From IMG/VR virus record IMGVR_UViG_3300043418_000114, positions 248,001 through 312,000 of that record: a stretch of 64,000 nucleotides of DNA. One strand, 5' to 3'. Below are positions 53,295 through 63,334 of this stretch, one piece after another. How positions within the stretch are numbered: the first letter of the stretch is position 1; each line of letters starts with the position of its first letter. The translations under genes and the position numbers were made by a program. The notes beneath the pieces were generated by a model, which saw only the letters and a program-made list of their open reading frames with translations, was not told the origin of the DNA and did not search any database.

Positions 53295-56159
53295 ATGTCA
53301 AAAGTAGATGATATTACCTCTGCGGCCAATGGCCTGAATGATATTTTAGGCACATTCGCCATCGATCAAAAAGCATTGCAAGACGATACGATTGCATTAA
53401 TGGCAGAGGATCCATGCTCACAGGGCGCAAGCGATAAACTCAAAGCCATTGTAGATAGAGCCGCCGAACTAAACGCACAGAAAACAGGATACGCCCAGTT
53501 ATTAGACACGTTGCAGTCTCAGTATGATAATCTTGGCATATTTGACTTTGGTGATAAGGCTGCCGCAAAGGCTGCCATTGATGCGACAAAGGCCGCATAT
53601 CTTAATATCAATACAATAGCTAAAGACTTTACAGGCCCAACTAAACGTGCTGATTTAACAGCGGCAATTGCCGCATGTCCAGTTGATGCAACTGCAGGTG
53701 AACAGGCGACTAGTCCAGCTAGCACTAATGCCGACCCTGCAACTGCAACAACAGATGCTAATGGTGCACCATCATCACAGGGTGAAAATCAATCAACTGA
53801 TGATAATCCAGATCCTACACAAAAAAGTCCACCATCTACCTCTACAACAACACCTGTACAGGAAGTCGTCGTTACTGCTAATAGACCAAAGAAACAAAAG
53901 CCTGGCATCAGAACGAAAAACCCACTAAGCAACTTCTCCAGTTACACGTATCAAATAACACTATACATGATTACCCCTGATGCATATCAGGCATTCGTGT
54001 TGTCCGATCGAACTAAAATCAATGCTATCAATAATACAACTAGCGCAGATGCGGCCAAAGCGGTCGGCGGTAACGGCGCGTATATTGTTGCACAATCGGG
54101 TGGCATAAACAACTCAACTTCTAAACGTCTTCCAAATTCGCCGTTTGATTACTACATCGACGATTTGAAGATGAACACTATGATCTCCAGTAGAGATACC
54201 AAGACTGAAACTAACACGACTGAATTTTCATTCAACGTGTATGAGCCTTATGGTTTCTCCTTTATTTCTGAATTGAAACGTGCAAGAGCCGCATTGACAT
54301 CATCATCAAATAAGTCAGCACAATTTAAAGACAATGAAGATCCTATGAAACAATTCTTTGTATTAGGAATTAAATTCAGAGGTTACGATAAAGATGGCAA
54401 AGTACTATCTGGCAACGAACACTTTGCTAGTGATACTGCAAATCCAGTTGGCAATAGTGATGGCGTATTCGAACGATTCTTTGACATTGCAATCAAGACG
54501 TTCAAGTTTAAGCTAGATGGCAAAACCACAGTCTATAACATCACTGCGGCATCATTGCCAATCATTGAAGCGGCAAGTTTAAAGCGTGGTACACTTGATA
54601 AAGATACTACCGTTACTGCAGGAACAGTGGGTGACGCAATCGACGATTTGATTTCTAAATTGAACAACATTGAAAAGCAAATGTTGAACAAAGAAAAACC
54701 AGACATTGAGAAAGCAAACACGTATGCAGTGAAGTTTCTTCCAGGTGCTGAGATTCTACAAAATGCAAAGTTAGCCACCAAGAACAACTTAGATAAGTCC
54801 AGATGGGCAGGTAATCCTATTAAAGATACCAAAGATGTTAATGCTAAACTCGAAGTATCAAGTACACCTAACAACACAGAAGTTACGGTGAAGATGGTCC
54901 AAGGTACTCCTATATTGCAACTGATTAGTGATTTGGTCAAGAATAGTAGTTATTTGGCAGATGCCATGATAGTGTTAAATGAAGCAAACTCACAGGGCAA
55001 TCAAGACATACAGAATAGTAAAAATCCAAAAACATTGCGTTGGTTCAATATATCACCAAACGTAGTTTGTACTGGATGGGACAAGAAACGTAACGACTAT
55101 GTATATGACATTACGTATGTGATTCAAACATACGAAACGCCTGCGGCAATCGCATTGTTAGCTGGCAAAGTAACACCATACTACGGACCACATAAACGTT
55201 ACGACTATCTCTACACAGGTCAAAACTCGGAAGTCATATCATATGAACAGCAAATGAATAATACATTCTTTGTTAACATGTATGAGAACCCAGATGATCC
55301 AGGTGCTAGTAAAGGACCTCCTGGCATATCAAAAGCTACTGGTAAACCATCAAACGTTTCTAACCAAAACAACGCTGACACTGGCCCACAATCGTTCGGT
55401 CCGTATCTAACTAGCTTGTTTGATCTTAGCGCATATGCAACTGCGAAGATGACGATTATGGGTGATCCAGATTACCTAATGCAAACCACATCAAGTGGAA
55501 CACAGCTAAGTGATGTGTATAACCAATTCTATGGTGTCGATGGCTTTACCATTAATCCAAACGGCGGACAAGTATTCGTCGAGGTTGATTTCAAAGAAGC
55601 AAAAGACTACAACAACGAAACAGGGTATTTAAAAATTAACGACAGTATTTTATTCTGGAATTATCCAAAAGAAGCACAGGTACAAGGAGTTAGTTATCAA
55701 CTACGTCAAGTAACAAGTGTGTTCAGTAAAGGTAAGTTTACACAGTCATTGGACATGTTTATGAATACGTTTGATGATTATCCAACATCAGATACAACAG
55801 ACGCAGGTAGAGAAAATCAATCTGACGCAGAAACAGCACGATTAGCTAGACAAAGTGCCGCATCAGGTCCTACTGGTCAGACCGCAAGCAATCCATCTGG
55901 TTCAACAACTGAACAAACTGCCGCAACATCAGACGCCGCAGGCTCATTGACGCCATCAACTGCGCCTGCCAATAACACACTGACTAGTCCAACGGGCGGA
56001 GTATCAGATCAACCTCCAACAGCGGCATCAATCATTGCTAATTCTCCAATTATTCAAGCATCTAACTCTGTACCTGTAATTAAAACAGTGCAAGATGATG
56101 ATAGTACTAGTGGAAATACTCCTACAATTGCATCCGATCAGGGAGGCAGAGAAAGTTAA
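53295..56159 (+). CDS. baseplate hub protein (gp27-like, tentative)
   Basis: Located between the gp53-like and gp5-like genes; F.VYEPYG.SF, KRYDYLYTGQNSEVISYE and MTIMGDPDYL. Confidence 0.55.
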   Translation: MSKVDDITSAANGLNDILGTFAIDQKALQDDTIALMAEDPCSQGASDKLKAIVDRAAELNAQKTGYAQLLDTLQSQYDNLGIFDFGDKAAAKAAIDATKAAYLNINTIAKDFTGPTKRADLTAAIAACPVDATAGEQATSPASTNADPATATTDANGAPSSQGENQSTDDNPDPTQKSPPSTSTTTPVQEVVVTANRPKKQKPGIRTKNPLSNFSSYTYQITLYMITPDAYQAFVLSDRTKINAINNTTSADAAKAVGGNGAYIVAQSGGINNSTSKRLPNSPFDYYIDDLKMNTMISSRDTKTETNTTEFSFNVYEPYGFSFISELKRARAALTSSSNKSAQFKDNEDPMKQFFVLGIKFRGYDKDGKVLSGNEHFASDTANPVGNSDGVFERFFDIAIKTFKFKLDGKTTVYNITAASLPIIEAASLKRGTLDKDTTVTAGTVGDAIDDLISKLNNIEKQMLNKEKPDIEKANTYAVKFLPGAEILQNAKLATKNNLDKSRWAGNPIKDTKDVNAKLEVSSTPNNTEVTVKMVQGTPILQLISDLVKNSSYLADAMIVLNEANSQGNQDIQNSKNPKTLRWFNISPNVVCTGWDKKRNDYVYDITYVIQTYETPAAIALLAGKVTPYYGPHKRYDYLYTGQNSEVISYEQQMNNTFFVNMYENPDDPGASKGPPGISKATGKPSNVSNQNNADTGPQSFGPYLTSLFDLSAYATAKMTIMGDPDYLMQTTSSGTQLSDVYNQFYGVDGFTINPNGGQVFVEVDFKEAKDYNNETGYLKINDSILFWNYPKEAQVQGVSYQLRQVTSVFSKGKFTQSLDMFMNTFDDYPTSDTTDAGRENQSDAETARLARQSAASGPTGQTASNPSGSTTEQTAATSDAAGSLTPSTAPANNTLTSPTGGVSDQPPTAASIIANSPIIQASNSVPVIKTVQDDDSTSGNTPTIASDQGGRES

Positions 56160-56161
56160 TC

Positions 56162-59100
56162 ATGGCAGATAATTTATTTAAAACAAGAGGTCAAGTTAAG
56201 TCAGCTAGTTCAGAAGCTGGTAGTGGCGTCACTAGATCATTGCCAGTTTATGGCATCGTAAAAAACAACATCGATGCAACTAGAACAGGCCAGCTACAAG
56301 TCTACATTGAAAACTTTGGATCAAGTAATCCAGACGATAGCAATTCATGGATACCAGTATCATACATGATGCCGTTTTATGGCGTGACTGCACCAACTGC
56401 ACCAAATACTGGCTACGGTGACTATGTTGGTAACCCAACAAGCTACGGCATGTGGTACAGTCCACCAGACATTGGCAGTAAAGTAATTTGTATTTTCATC
56501 AACGGTGACCCAGGTAGTGGTTTCTGGATTGGCTGTGTACCTCAGGCAGAAGCATTAACAATGGTACCTGCAATTGGTTCAAGTGATAATGTCACCATGA
56601 ACAAAGGCGAAGCAGATAGCTACGGCGGAGCAACACGCTTGCCAGTAACTAACATGAACACCAATGATACTAACAAAGCAGACAGTGCTAATTTCTTAAA
56701 CACTGCGAAGCCTGTTCACAGTTATGCCGCTAGTATTCTAGCACAGCAAGGTTTAATTCGTGATACAGTTAGAGGCACGATTGGCACTAGCGCACAGCGT
56801 GAAAGTCCTAGTAGAGTTGGATGGGGCGTCAATACACCAGGTCGACCAATTTATCAAGGTGGATTCAATGATGATAACTTGCTTGATAATATAAAGTCAA
56901 ACAAAGAAAAACTACAACTAATCAATCGTCGTGCTGGTCATTCTATCGTAATGGACGATGGTGATATCACTGGTAAAGATCAGTTGATTCGTTTGCGTAC
57001 TGCATTAGGTCATCAGATTTTAATGAGTGACGATGGACAAACTTTGTTCATTATACATAGTAACGGTCAAAGCTACATTGAGTTGGGCAAAGAGGGTACA
57101 ATTGACATGTATTCTACAAACTCAGTGAACGTTAGAACACAGGGCGATTTAAATCTACATGCAGACAACAACATTAACATTAATGCCGCAAAAGATTTAA
57201 ACATTTCTGCAAAGAATATGAATGTGAATACCGAAACTGATACTAACTTCCGTGTCGGTGGAAATTATAGCAACTACATTCAAGGCAATTACACTGTAAA
57301 AGTTGATAGCAGTTTAAGTTTATATGCAAGTGGCGAATCAAGTATTGCTAGCGCAGGCACAACTTACGTAACCGGTCCGTCCGCTGTTAACTTGAACACA
57401 GGTTCAGCATCGTTGGTTCCAGCAACAGTCTCTCCTATTCCAATTATTGCACAAACAGATACCTTATTTGATAAAGTCAAGGGATGGGCAGCCGCACCTG
57501 GAAAGTTGTTAACTATTGTAAGTCGTGCACCTGCACACGCTCCATGGGCTAGTGCAAATCAAGGTGTAGATGTTAAGGTTGATAATGATGCCGATGCATC
57601 ATTACCATCAGTACCATCTAGTTCAGTTGCCGCTGTGAACAATGCAACTGCCGGTGTGCCAGAAGTACCAACCGCTCCAGCATTGATTGCCACGGTTCCA
57701 GGTGCAAGTGCGGCCAGTTCTGCACTAGATGCTAGCACAACCGCATCATTAGTTGGTGCCGCGGCATCAACCGCATCAGCAACTGCCGCATCAGTGGTAA
57801 AGGCAGGAACAGGTACGATAACAGATGCCACTGGCAAACTAACCGCCGCGGTTGGATCATTGGCACAAACACCACAGCAACTAGAAACTGCCGGCATATT
57901 GAAGCCTGGCGCGGCATCAGTCGTGAATGGATTAGTTCAAGCTGGTAAATCAGTTACTGACGCCATGACTTCTAATCTATTCACTGGTAAGCCAGGCGCA
58001 CAATCATTAACTGCATTGGTAAACAACACCAAGGCACAAGTTGGTTCAGTAATTTCCAACATACAGTCTGCTCAAGCTGGATTGACACAAACCGGCGTGA
58101 TTACCGGCAAAGAATCGCCTACTCAGATTGCTGGTCTAGTGAGCGCGGCCGCGAGTAGCGGTGTGAAAGCAGTCACTGACTTTGTTAACAATGCATCAGG
58201 AAGTATCGGATCAGCAATCAGTGGAATTGGAAATAAGCTAACCGCCGGCCCAAGTTCAATCGCAGGTCAGATTAGTGCAGGCAACTTTGCCGCAGGACTT
58301 TCTAGCACAGTGACAGGTGGATTAAGTTCCATCGCCACCTCATTGAGTGGTATGGGAGCTAGTGCGATCAAGGGCGTTTCAGGCTTGTTAGATAGTGCTA
58401 AGGGTGTTGCTGGTTCAGCATTCGCCGCAATTACCAAATCGTTCAAGTCGTTTACACCAGGTGTGCCACAGAACCTAACAGAAATTGCCAAGAAGAATGC
58501 CGCAGAAGCATCTACAGCAGACGCCACAAGTGCCGGTTCAGGCGGACTATTTGATTCGATCAAGGGTGCCGCTAGCGGTGCACTATCATCTGCGAAGAAT
58601 GCATTGGCTAGCTTAACATCAGGTGCAGGATCAGGTGTAGGTAACTTACCAGGTGGCCTCGGTGCAATCACCTCCAATTTGAACAAGGCAGCCGATATTA
58701 CTGCAAAGGTTCCAGGTTTAGCTGGAGTTTCTGCACTAGCTAAATCAGCATCATCGGCAGTAAACAATGGAATTTCATTGGCAAAGAGTGCATCTAGTGC
58801 AGTTGCCAGCCTAACAAACACCGCGAATAGTATATCTGGTGGCATTGATAAGTTAACTAGCAGTGTTTCAGGCAGTGGTATACCTGGCGCAGGAGGTCTA
58901 GGAGGACTTGCGGCCAGCGCACAGGGCGCATTATCCAAGCTAGGTAGTACTAGCCTGTCATCCTTGGTGTCTGCTGGTCTTCCAGCAAGCGTAGGAGCCC
59001 AGTTGAATTCAGCTATCAGTTCGTTAAGTGCAGGCGGTCCGTTCCCGATCAAACTTCCAACGGTCGCATCGGACACAAGTAATCGTGCTAGCTTAGGTAC

Positions 59101-59410
59101 ACAGATCACTTCTGTTCTTGGAAACGCTAAGATTCCTGCTCCTAATTTCAATAAGAATGTGGACGCACAAAAAGCAGAAGCAGACCGTCTATCTGCGTTG
59201 GTAGAACAACAGCAGGCATTATTGAAGCAACTAGAAGAACAAAGCACCGTGGTTGACAAAGCACAGGATGCATTTGCTACCGCTAGAGATAGCTTACCGG
59301 CTGGCGACCCAGGAATCACTGCCGCGTTGGACGCATACAAAGCAGAAATGACTAAGCACAGTGAAATTGCAACAAAAATCAGAGCTATAGCAGATTCTGC
59401 GCTGGGATAA
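56162..59410 (+). CDS. baseplate central spike (gp5/VgrG-like) with a long Ala/Ser/Gly-rich C-terminal extension
   Basis: OB-fold (GIVKNNID..R.GQLQVYI, YGMW..PPDIGSKV), RRAGHSIVMDD, beta-helix repeats and APAHAPW. No lysozyme motif seen. Confidence 0.8.
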   Translation: MADNLFKTRGQVKSASSEAGSGVTRSLPVYGIVKNNIDATRTGQLQVYIENFGSSNPDDSNSWIPVSYMMPFYGVTAPTAPNTGYGDYVGNPTSYGMWYSPPDIGSKVICIFINGDPGSGFWIGCVPQAEALTMVPAIGSSDNVTMNKGEADSYGGATRLPVTNMNTNDTNKADSANFLNTAKPVHSYAASILAQQGLIRDTVRGTIGTSAQRESPSRVGWGVNTPGRPIYQGGFNDDNLLDNIKSNKEKLQLINRRAGHSIVMDDGDITGKDQLIRLRTALGHQILMSDDGQTLFIIHSNGQSYIELGKEGTIDMYSTNSVNVRTQGDLNLHADNNININAAKDLNISAKNMNVNTETDTNFRVGGNYSNYIQGNYTVKVDSSLSLYASGESSIASAGTTYVTGPSAVNLNTGSASLVPATVSPIPIIAQTDTLFDKVKGWAAAPGKLLTIVSRAPAHAPWASANQGVDVKVDNDADASLPSVPSSSVAAVNNATAGVPEVPTAPALIATVPGASAASSALDASTTASLVGAAASTASATAASVVKAGTGTITDATGKLTAAVGSLAQTPQQLETAGILKPGAASVVNGLVQAGKSVTDAMTSNLFTGKPGAQSLTALVNNTKAQVGSVISNIQSAQAGLTQTGVITGKESPTQIAGLVSAAASSGVKAVTDFVNNASGSIGSAISGIGNKLTAGPSSIAGQISAGNFAAGLSSTVTGGLSSIATSLSGMGASAIKGVSGLLDSAKGVAGSAFAAITKSFKSFTPGVPQNLTEIAKKNAAEASTADATSAGSGGLFDSIKGAASGALSSAKNALASLTSGAGSGVGNLPGGLGAITSNLNKAADITAKVPGLAGVSALAKSASSAVNNGISLAKSASSAVASLTNTANSISGGIDKLTSSVSGSGIPGAGGLGGLAASAQGALSKLGSTSLSSLVSAGLPASVGAQLNSAISSLSAGGPFPIKLPTVASDTSNRASLGTQITSVLGNAKIPAPNFNKNVDAQKAEADRLSALVEQQQALLKQLEEQSTVVDKAQDAFATARDSLPAGDPGITAALDAYKAEMTKHSEIATKIRAIADSALG

Positions 59411-59428
59411 ATATCATAGGGAATAATC

Positions 59429-59878
59429 ATGCCATCATATTACGGATTTAGCACAATAAACGCAAACAAACCACAGTCTACTAACTTAAACGCAGGGGTA
59501 GACGGTGGATATGGTGGCACAGTCAGACCTGTCGTGTTTGGTAAGAAGTATGTATTGGTTGACGAACAATTGATTATCCAAGACTTTATCAATGCATTGA
59601 ATATCCAACAGGGTCAGAAAGTGGGTCAACCTCAATATGGTACTACTATCTGGTCATTCATTTTTGAGCCAAACACACTGGACACTCAGACTAAACTACA
59701 AAACGAAATCCTTCGAGTGGCTAGCCAGGACCCACGAATGATCATTAATACGATCAATGTATATCCACAAGACAATGGCATCTTAATCGAAATCGAGATG
59801 GCTATTACGCCAATGAACAACGCATTTCAGTTGTCAGTATTTTTTGATAACCTAACAAATCGAGCGGTAGCACAGTAA
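59429..59878 (+). CDS. gp25: baseplate wedge subunit (gp25-like)
   Basis: DFINALNIQQGQKVGQPQYGT.IW..IFEP...DPR. Confidence 0.85.
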   Translation: MPSYYGFSTINANKPQSTNLNAGVDGGYGGTVRPVVFGKKYVLVDEQLIIQDFINALNIQQGQKVGQPQYGTTIWSFIFEPNTLDTQTKLQNEILRVASQDPRMIINTINVYPQDNGILIEIEMAITPMNNAFQLSVFFDNLTNRAVAQ

Positions 59879-59933
59879 TCCTTAAAAACCAGTGTTTTCA
59901 GGTATGATAAATACTTAAAAGAGAACACTATCC

Positions 59934-62900
59934 ATGGCTACAAGTTCAAGACAATCCGCACTATTTGGCGTTAATGACTGGCAGGCATTATATCAAACCT
60001 TCCGCCAGGCAGACTTTAGAAGTTATGACTATGAAACCATTCGCAAGAGTTTCATTGATTACTTACGTACCTATTATCCAGAGACATTCAATGACTACAT
60101 TGAATCGTCAGAATTTATTGCCTTACTTGACGTTATGGCGTTTATGGGTCAAGGTCTTGCTTTCCGCAACGACTTGAACACCCGTGAAAACTTCATTGAC
60201 ACCGCAGAGCGTAGAGATTCTGTAGTTAAGTTGGCCAACTTAGTTAGCTATAATCCAAAGCGCAACTTGTCTGGTCAAGGATATATCAAAGTCACCAGCA
60301 TTCAGACTACCCAAAATATCTCAGACTTGAATGGCTTTAATCTTTCTAATGTTCCTATCCTATGGAACGACCCTGCTAACCCAAACTGGCAAGAACAGTT
60401 CAACACTATCGTTAACGCCACACTAATCGATACTCAACGTGTTGGTCGACCTGGCAATAGTGCTACGATTCTAGGCGTAAAAACCGACGAATACGCAATG
60501 AATATTCCTGTTTCTAGTTTGCCGATTGTGCCATTTACCACATCAGTTAATGGTCAAGACATGAACTTTGAATTGGTATCAGTAACAAGTGTTGGTGAAG
60601 ACTATGTATATGAGTTGCCACCAGCACCAAGTCAAAAATTTAACATGTTGTATCGTAACGACAAGTTAGGTTATGGCAGTCCTAACACAGGATTCTTCTT
60701 CTATTTCAAACAAGGTTCCTTGTTGAATTATGATTTCATCCTTCAACAACAAATTAGTAACCAAGTAGTTGACATTGATATCCAAGGTATCAATAACACA
60801 GATACATGGTTATATCAGTTGAATGCAAACAATTCTCCTACTGGTCTTTGGAAACAAGTCGAAGATGTATATGCTGACGCTTATCTACAAACTGAATCTA
60901 GTATCAAGAATATCTTCTCAGTTACTTCACGTTTCAACGATCAAGTAACTTATGTGTTCGGTGATGGTGTTTTCAGTCAGATTCCAGTTGGTTCTTTCCG
61001 TGCATATGTTCGTTCAAGTAACGGATTGACATACACAATTGATCCTACTGAAATGCAGGGCGTGTTTGTCACATTCAACTATGTAAGTCGTTATGGTCGT
61101 ACTGAAACATTGACAATTGGTTTAGAACTAGCTACACCTGTTTCTAACGCACAGTCACGTGAAAGCATTGCTAACATTAAGCAAAATGCGCCAGCCCGTT
61201 ACTACACACAGAACCGTATGGTCAACGGTGAAGACTATAACAACTTCCCATACACTCTATACAGTTCAATCATCAAGTCAAAAGCTATCAATCGTAGCTC
61301 AGTTGGTGTATCTAAGAATCTAGACTTACTTGATCCAACTGGCAAGTATTCTAGTACCAATAGTTTCGCCAGTGACGGCGCAATGTATCTGAATGATGAT
61401 GACGGTGTGTTGGCATTTACTATCACGAATGCTGGCGATATCATTACATTCTTGACTGATTCATTGGCGGCTGTGTTGGCAGACAACAGAGCAATGCAAT
61501 ATTATATTCAGAACTATCCTCGTTACTCGATTAATTCTGCTAGTGGCGACGGAACAGTTTATTGGAATACAAGTACAGTTGACGCAAACAGCAACTCTGG
61601 ATATTTCTACAACACAATTAACAATGATAATACTCCTATTCCAGTAGGAACGTATTCTACTCACAATGTGAAGTACATCACCAAAGGTGCTATGTTGAAC
61701 TTTACAGCACCTCCTGGATATTACTTTGATAGTAACAACCGCTTGGTGCCTGGTATTGCAGGTCCTAGTTCTCTAACATCTATTTGGACAACTGCATTGA
61801 ATGTAATCGGCGACGGTTATAACAATGGCGTAGGACAGTTCAGCAACGGTAAAGGCCCAATCACACTTAACGGATATATTCCAAACGGCGCAATCTTAAA
61901 CACAGTTATTCCTGCGTTCAGCAGTTCATTGCCAAACTCCGTTGTTCAAGAGTGTATCACTAAACTTGAATTGAATCAAAGTTTCAGCTTGGTGTTTGAC
62001 AATAGCTTAACTATCGCTCAAGATCGTTGGAGCATTGGAACATACAATCAAAGCAATTACTTTGTAAACTTTTCCAGCAAGCCTGGAACAAACATGTACA
62101 CTGTAACATATCGCTCATTGGCATACTACTTCGGTAGTGTTAAGGACACTCGATTCACCTTTGAATTGGGTAAACTAGTTTACGATCCATTTAGCGGTAA
62201 GATTCTACAAGACTTCGTGAATGTGTTACAGACTAACACACAGCCAACCAGCAACTATCCATTGGCAACAAATGTCCAAGCTAGTGTTCTTGGTCAGACA
62301 GTTTTAAGCGATGGCTACATTAACGACTTTGAAGTTGAGATTGCAAGTATAGATGTTAATGATAGAACAGTTATCATGAATCCTGACTTCTTTACTCAAG
62401 TTACTGGCTATGTCAACGGTTCAGCTAACATAGGCATCTACACATTTTTTGAATTGATTCAAGATTCCGTTACGCTTTCAAATTATCAATTACTCGACAG
62501 TACTACTATCAATTATCAATTCAGTAATTCTACACAAATTGAAGTTGTTAAATATGAGTATCCAGTTGGTCAAGTGTTCTATGCATATGCCGAAAACAAA
62601 TTCTATACGACAGTGCAAGATCCAACAGTTCAAACGTTGGACTATTCATTAGTACCTCAGCCACAATATATCATGAAGCCAGGTCGTCAAGGATTGAATT
62701 TCCAATATCGTCACAACAGTAACAATACAACTCGTATTGATCCTGCGACTACAAACATTATCGACATGTACATTGTTACATTGGCATACTACACCGCGTA
62801 TCAGAACTACATTCAAGATACTACCAACACTATTCCTGAGCCTAATAAGCCAACGATCAATGATTTGAATCAGGAATATGGTAAGATTCAAGATTACAAA

Positions 62901-63308
62901 ATGTTGTCAGACAGCGTTGTATTAAACTCTGTTGTCTTTAAGCCATTATTTGGACCTAAGGCCGCACCAGCATTGCGTTCTACTATCAAGGTTATTAAGA
63001 ACCATGCGACAAACGCAAGTGATAGTGAGATTCGTAGTGCTGTGTTAGCAACTATGAACAACTATTTTAGTATCCAGAACTGGAACTTCGGTGATACGTT
63101 CTACTTCTCTGAGTTGAGTGCATACATTCATAATCAGATTGGTGAATTGGTAAGCTCCGTGGTACTAGTACCAAATGATCCTACAATGCACTTCGGTGAC
63201 TTGTATGAAATTAAATGCATGCCGTTTGAAATTTTTGTCAATGCGGCAACAGCGAACGATGTAGTAGTAATTGCAGGTCTTACACCAGCACAATTACAAA
63301 TAGCATAA
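59934..63308 (+). CDS. gp6: baseplate wedge subunit (gp6-like)
   Basis: DFRSYDYETIRK..IDYL, ENFIDTAERRDSV, ESIANIKQNAP..YYTQNRMVNGEDY. Confidence 0.88.
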   Translation: MATSSRQSALFGVNDWQALYQTFRQADFRSYDYETIRKSFIDYLRTYYPETFNDYIESSEFIALLDVMAFMGQGLAFRNDLNTRENFIDTAERRDSVVKLANLVSYNPKRNLSGQGYIKVTSIQTTQNISDLNGFNLSNVPILWNDPANPNWQEQFNTIVNATLIDTQRVGRPGNSATILGVKTDEYAMNIPVSSLPIVPFTTSVNGQDMNFELVSVTSVGEDYVYELPPAPSQKFNMLYRNDKLGYGSPNTGFFFYFKQGSLLNYDFILQQQISNQVVDIDIQGINNTDTWLYQLNANNSPTGLWKQVEDVYADAYLQTESSIKNIFSVTSRFNDQVTYVFGDGVFSQIPVGSFRAYVRSSNGLTYTIDPTEMQGVFVTFNYVSRYGRTETLTIGLELATPVSNAQSRESIANIKQNAPARYYTQNRMVNGEDYNNFPYTLYSSIIKSKAINRSSVGVSKNLDLLDPTGKYSSTNSFASDGAMYLNDDDGVLAFTITNAGDIITFLTDSLAAVLADNRAMQYYIQNYPRYSINSASGDGTVYWNTSTVDANSNSGYFYNTINNDNTPIPVGTYSTHNVKYITKGAMLNFTAPPGYYFDSNNRLVPGIAGPSSLTSIWTTALNVIGDGYNNGVGQFSNGKGPITLNGYIPNGAILNTVIPAFSSSLPNSVVQECITKLELNQSFSLVFDNSLTIAQDRWSIGTYNQSNYFVNFSSKPGTNMYTVTYRSLAYYFGSVKDTRFTFELGKLVYDPFSGKILQDFVNVLQTNTQPTSNYPLATNVQASVLGQTVLSDGYINDFEVEIASIDVNDRTVIMNPDFFTQVTGYVNGSANIGIYTFFELIQDSVTLSNYQLLDSTTINYQFSNSTQIEVVKYEYPVGQVFYAYAENKFYTTVQDPTVQTLDYSLVPQPQYIMKPGRQGLNFQYRHNSNNTTRIDPATTNIIDMYIVTLAYYTAYQNYIQDTTNTIPEPNKPTINDLNQEYGKIQDYKMLSDSVVLNSVVFKPLFGPKAAPALRSTIKVIKNHATNASDSEIRSAVLATMNNYFSIQNWNFGDTFYFSELSAYIHNQIGELVSSVVLVPNDPTMHFGDLYEIKCMPFEIFVNAATANDVVVIAGLTPAQLQIA

Positions 63309-63334
63309 GTACTATATAACAATAGAGACTTGAA

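Larger units (their letters stand above)
7146..63311. promoter_or_regulatory. dispersed late-promoter motif NTAA(A/G)TA (T4 TATAAATA-like)
   Basis: Found on the coding strand just upstream of genes. Minus strand: 7146-52, 15422-28, 20263-69, 31367-73, 32979-85, 33789-95, 34548-54, 39244-50, 39575-81, 41400-06, 44263-69, 46489-95. Plus strand: 33039-45, 34557-63, 44247-53, 51272-78, 59407-13, 59907-13, 63305-11. The range is the span of all sites, not one element. Confidence 0.75.

Noticed and set aside
58267-59430. 387-aa antisense ORF over the gp5-like gene
   Set aside because: A shadow frame of Ala/Ser/Gly-biased codons, with L/A/P-rich nonsense composition. It is fully overlapped by a well-supported gene.
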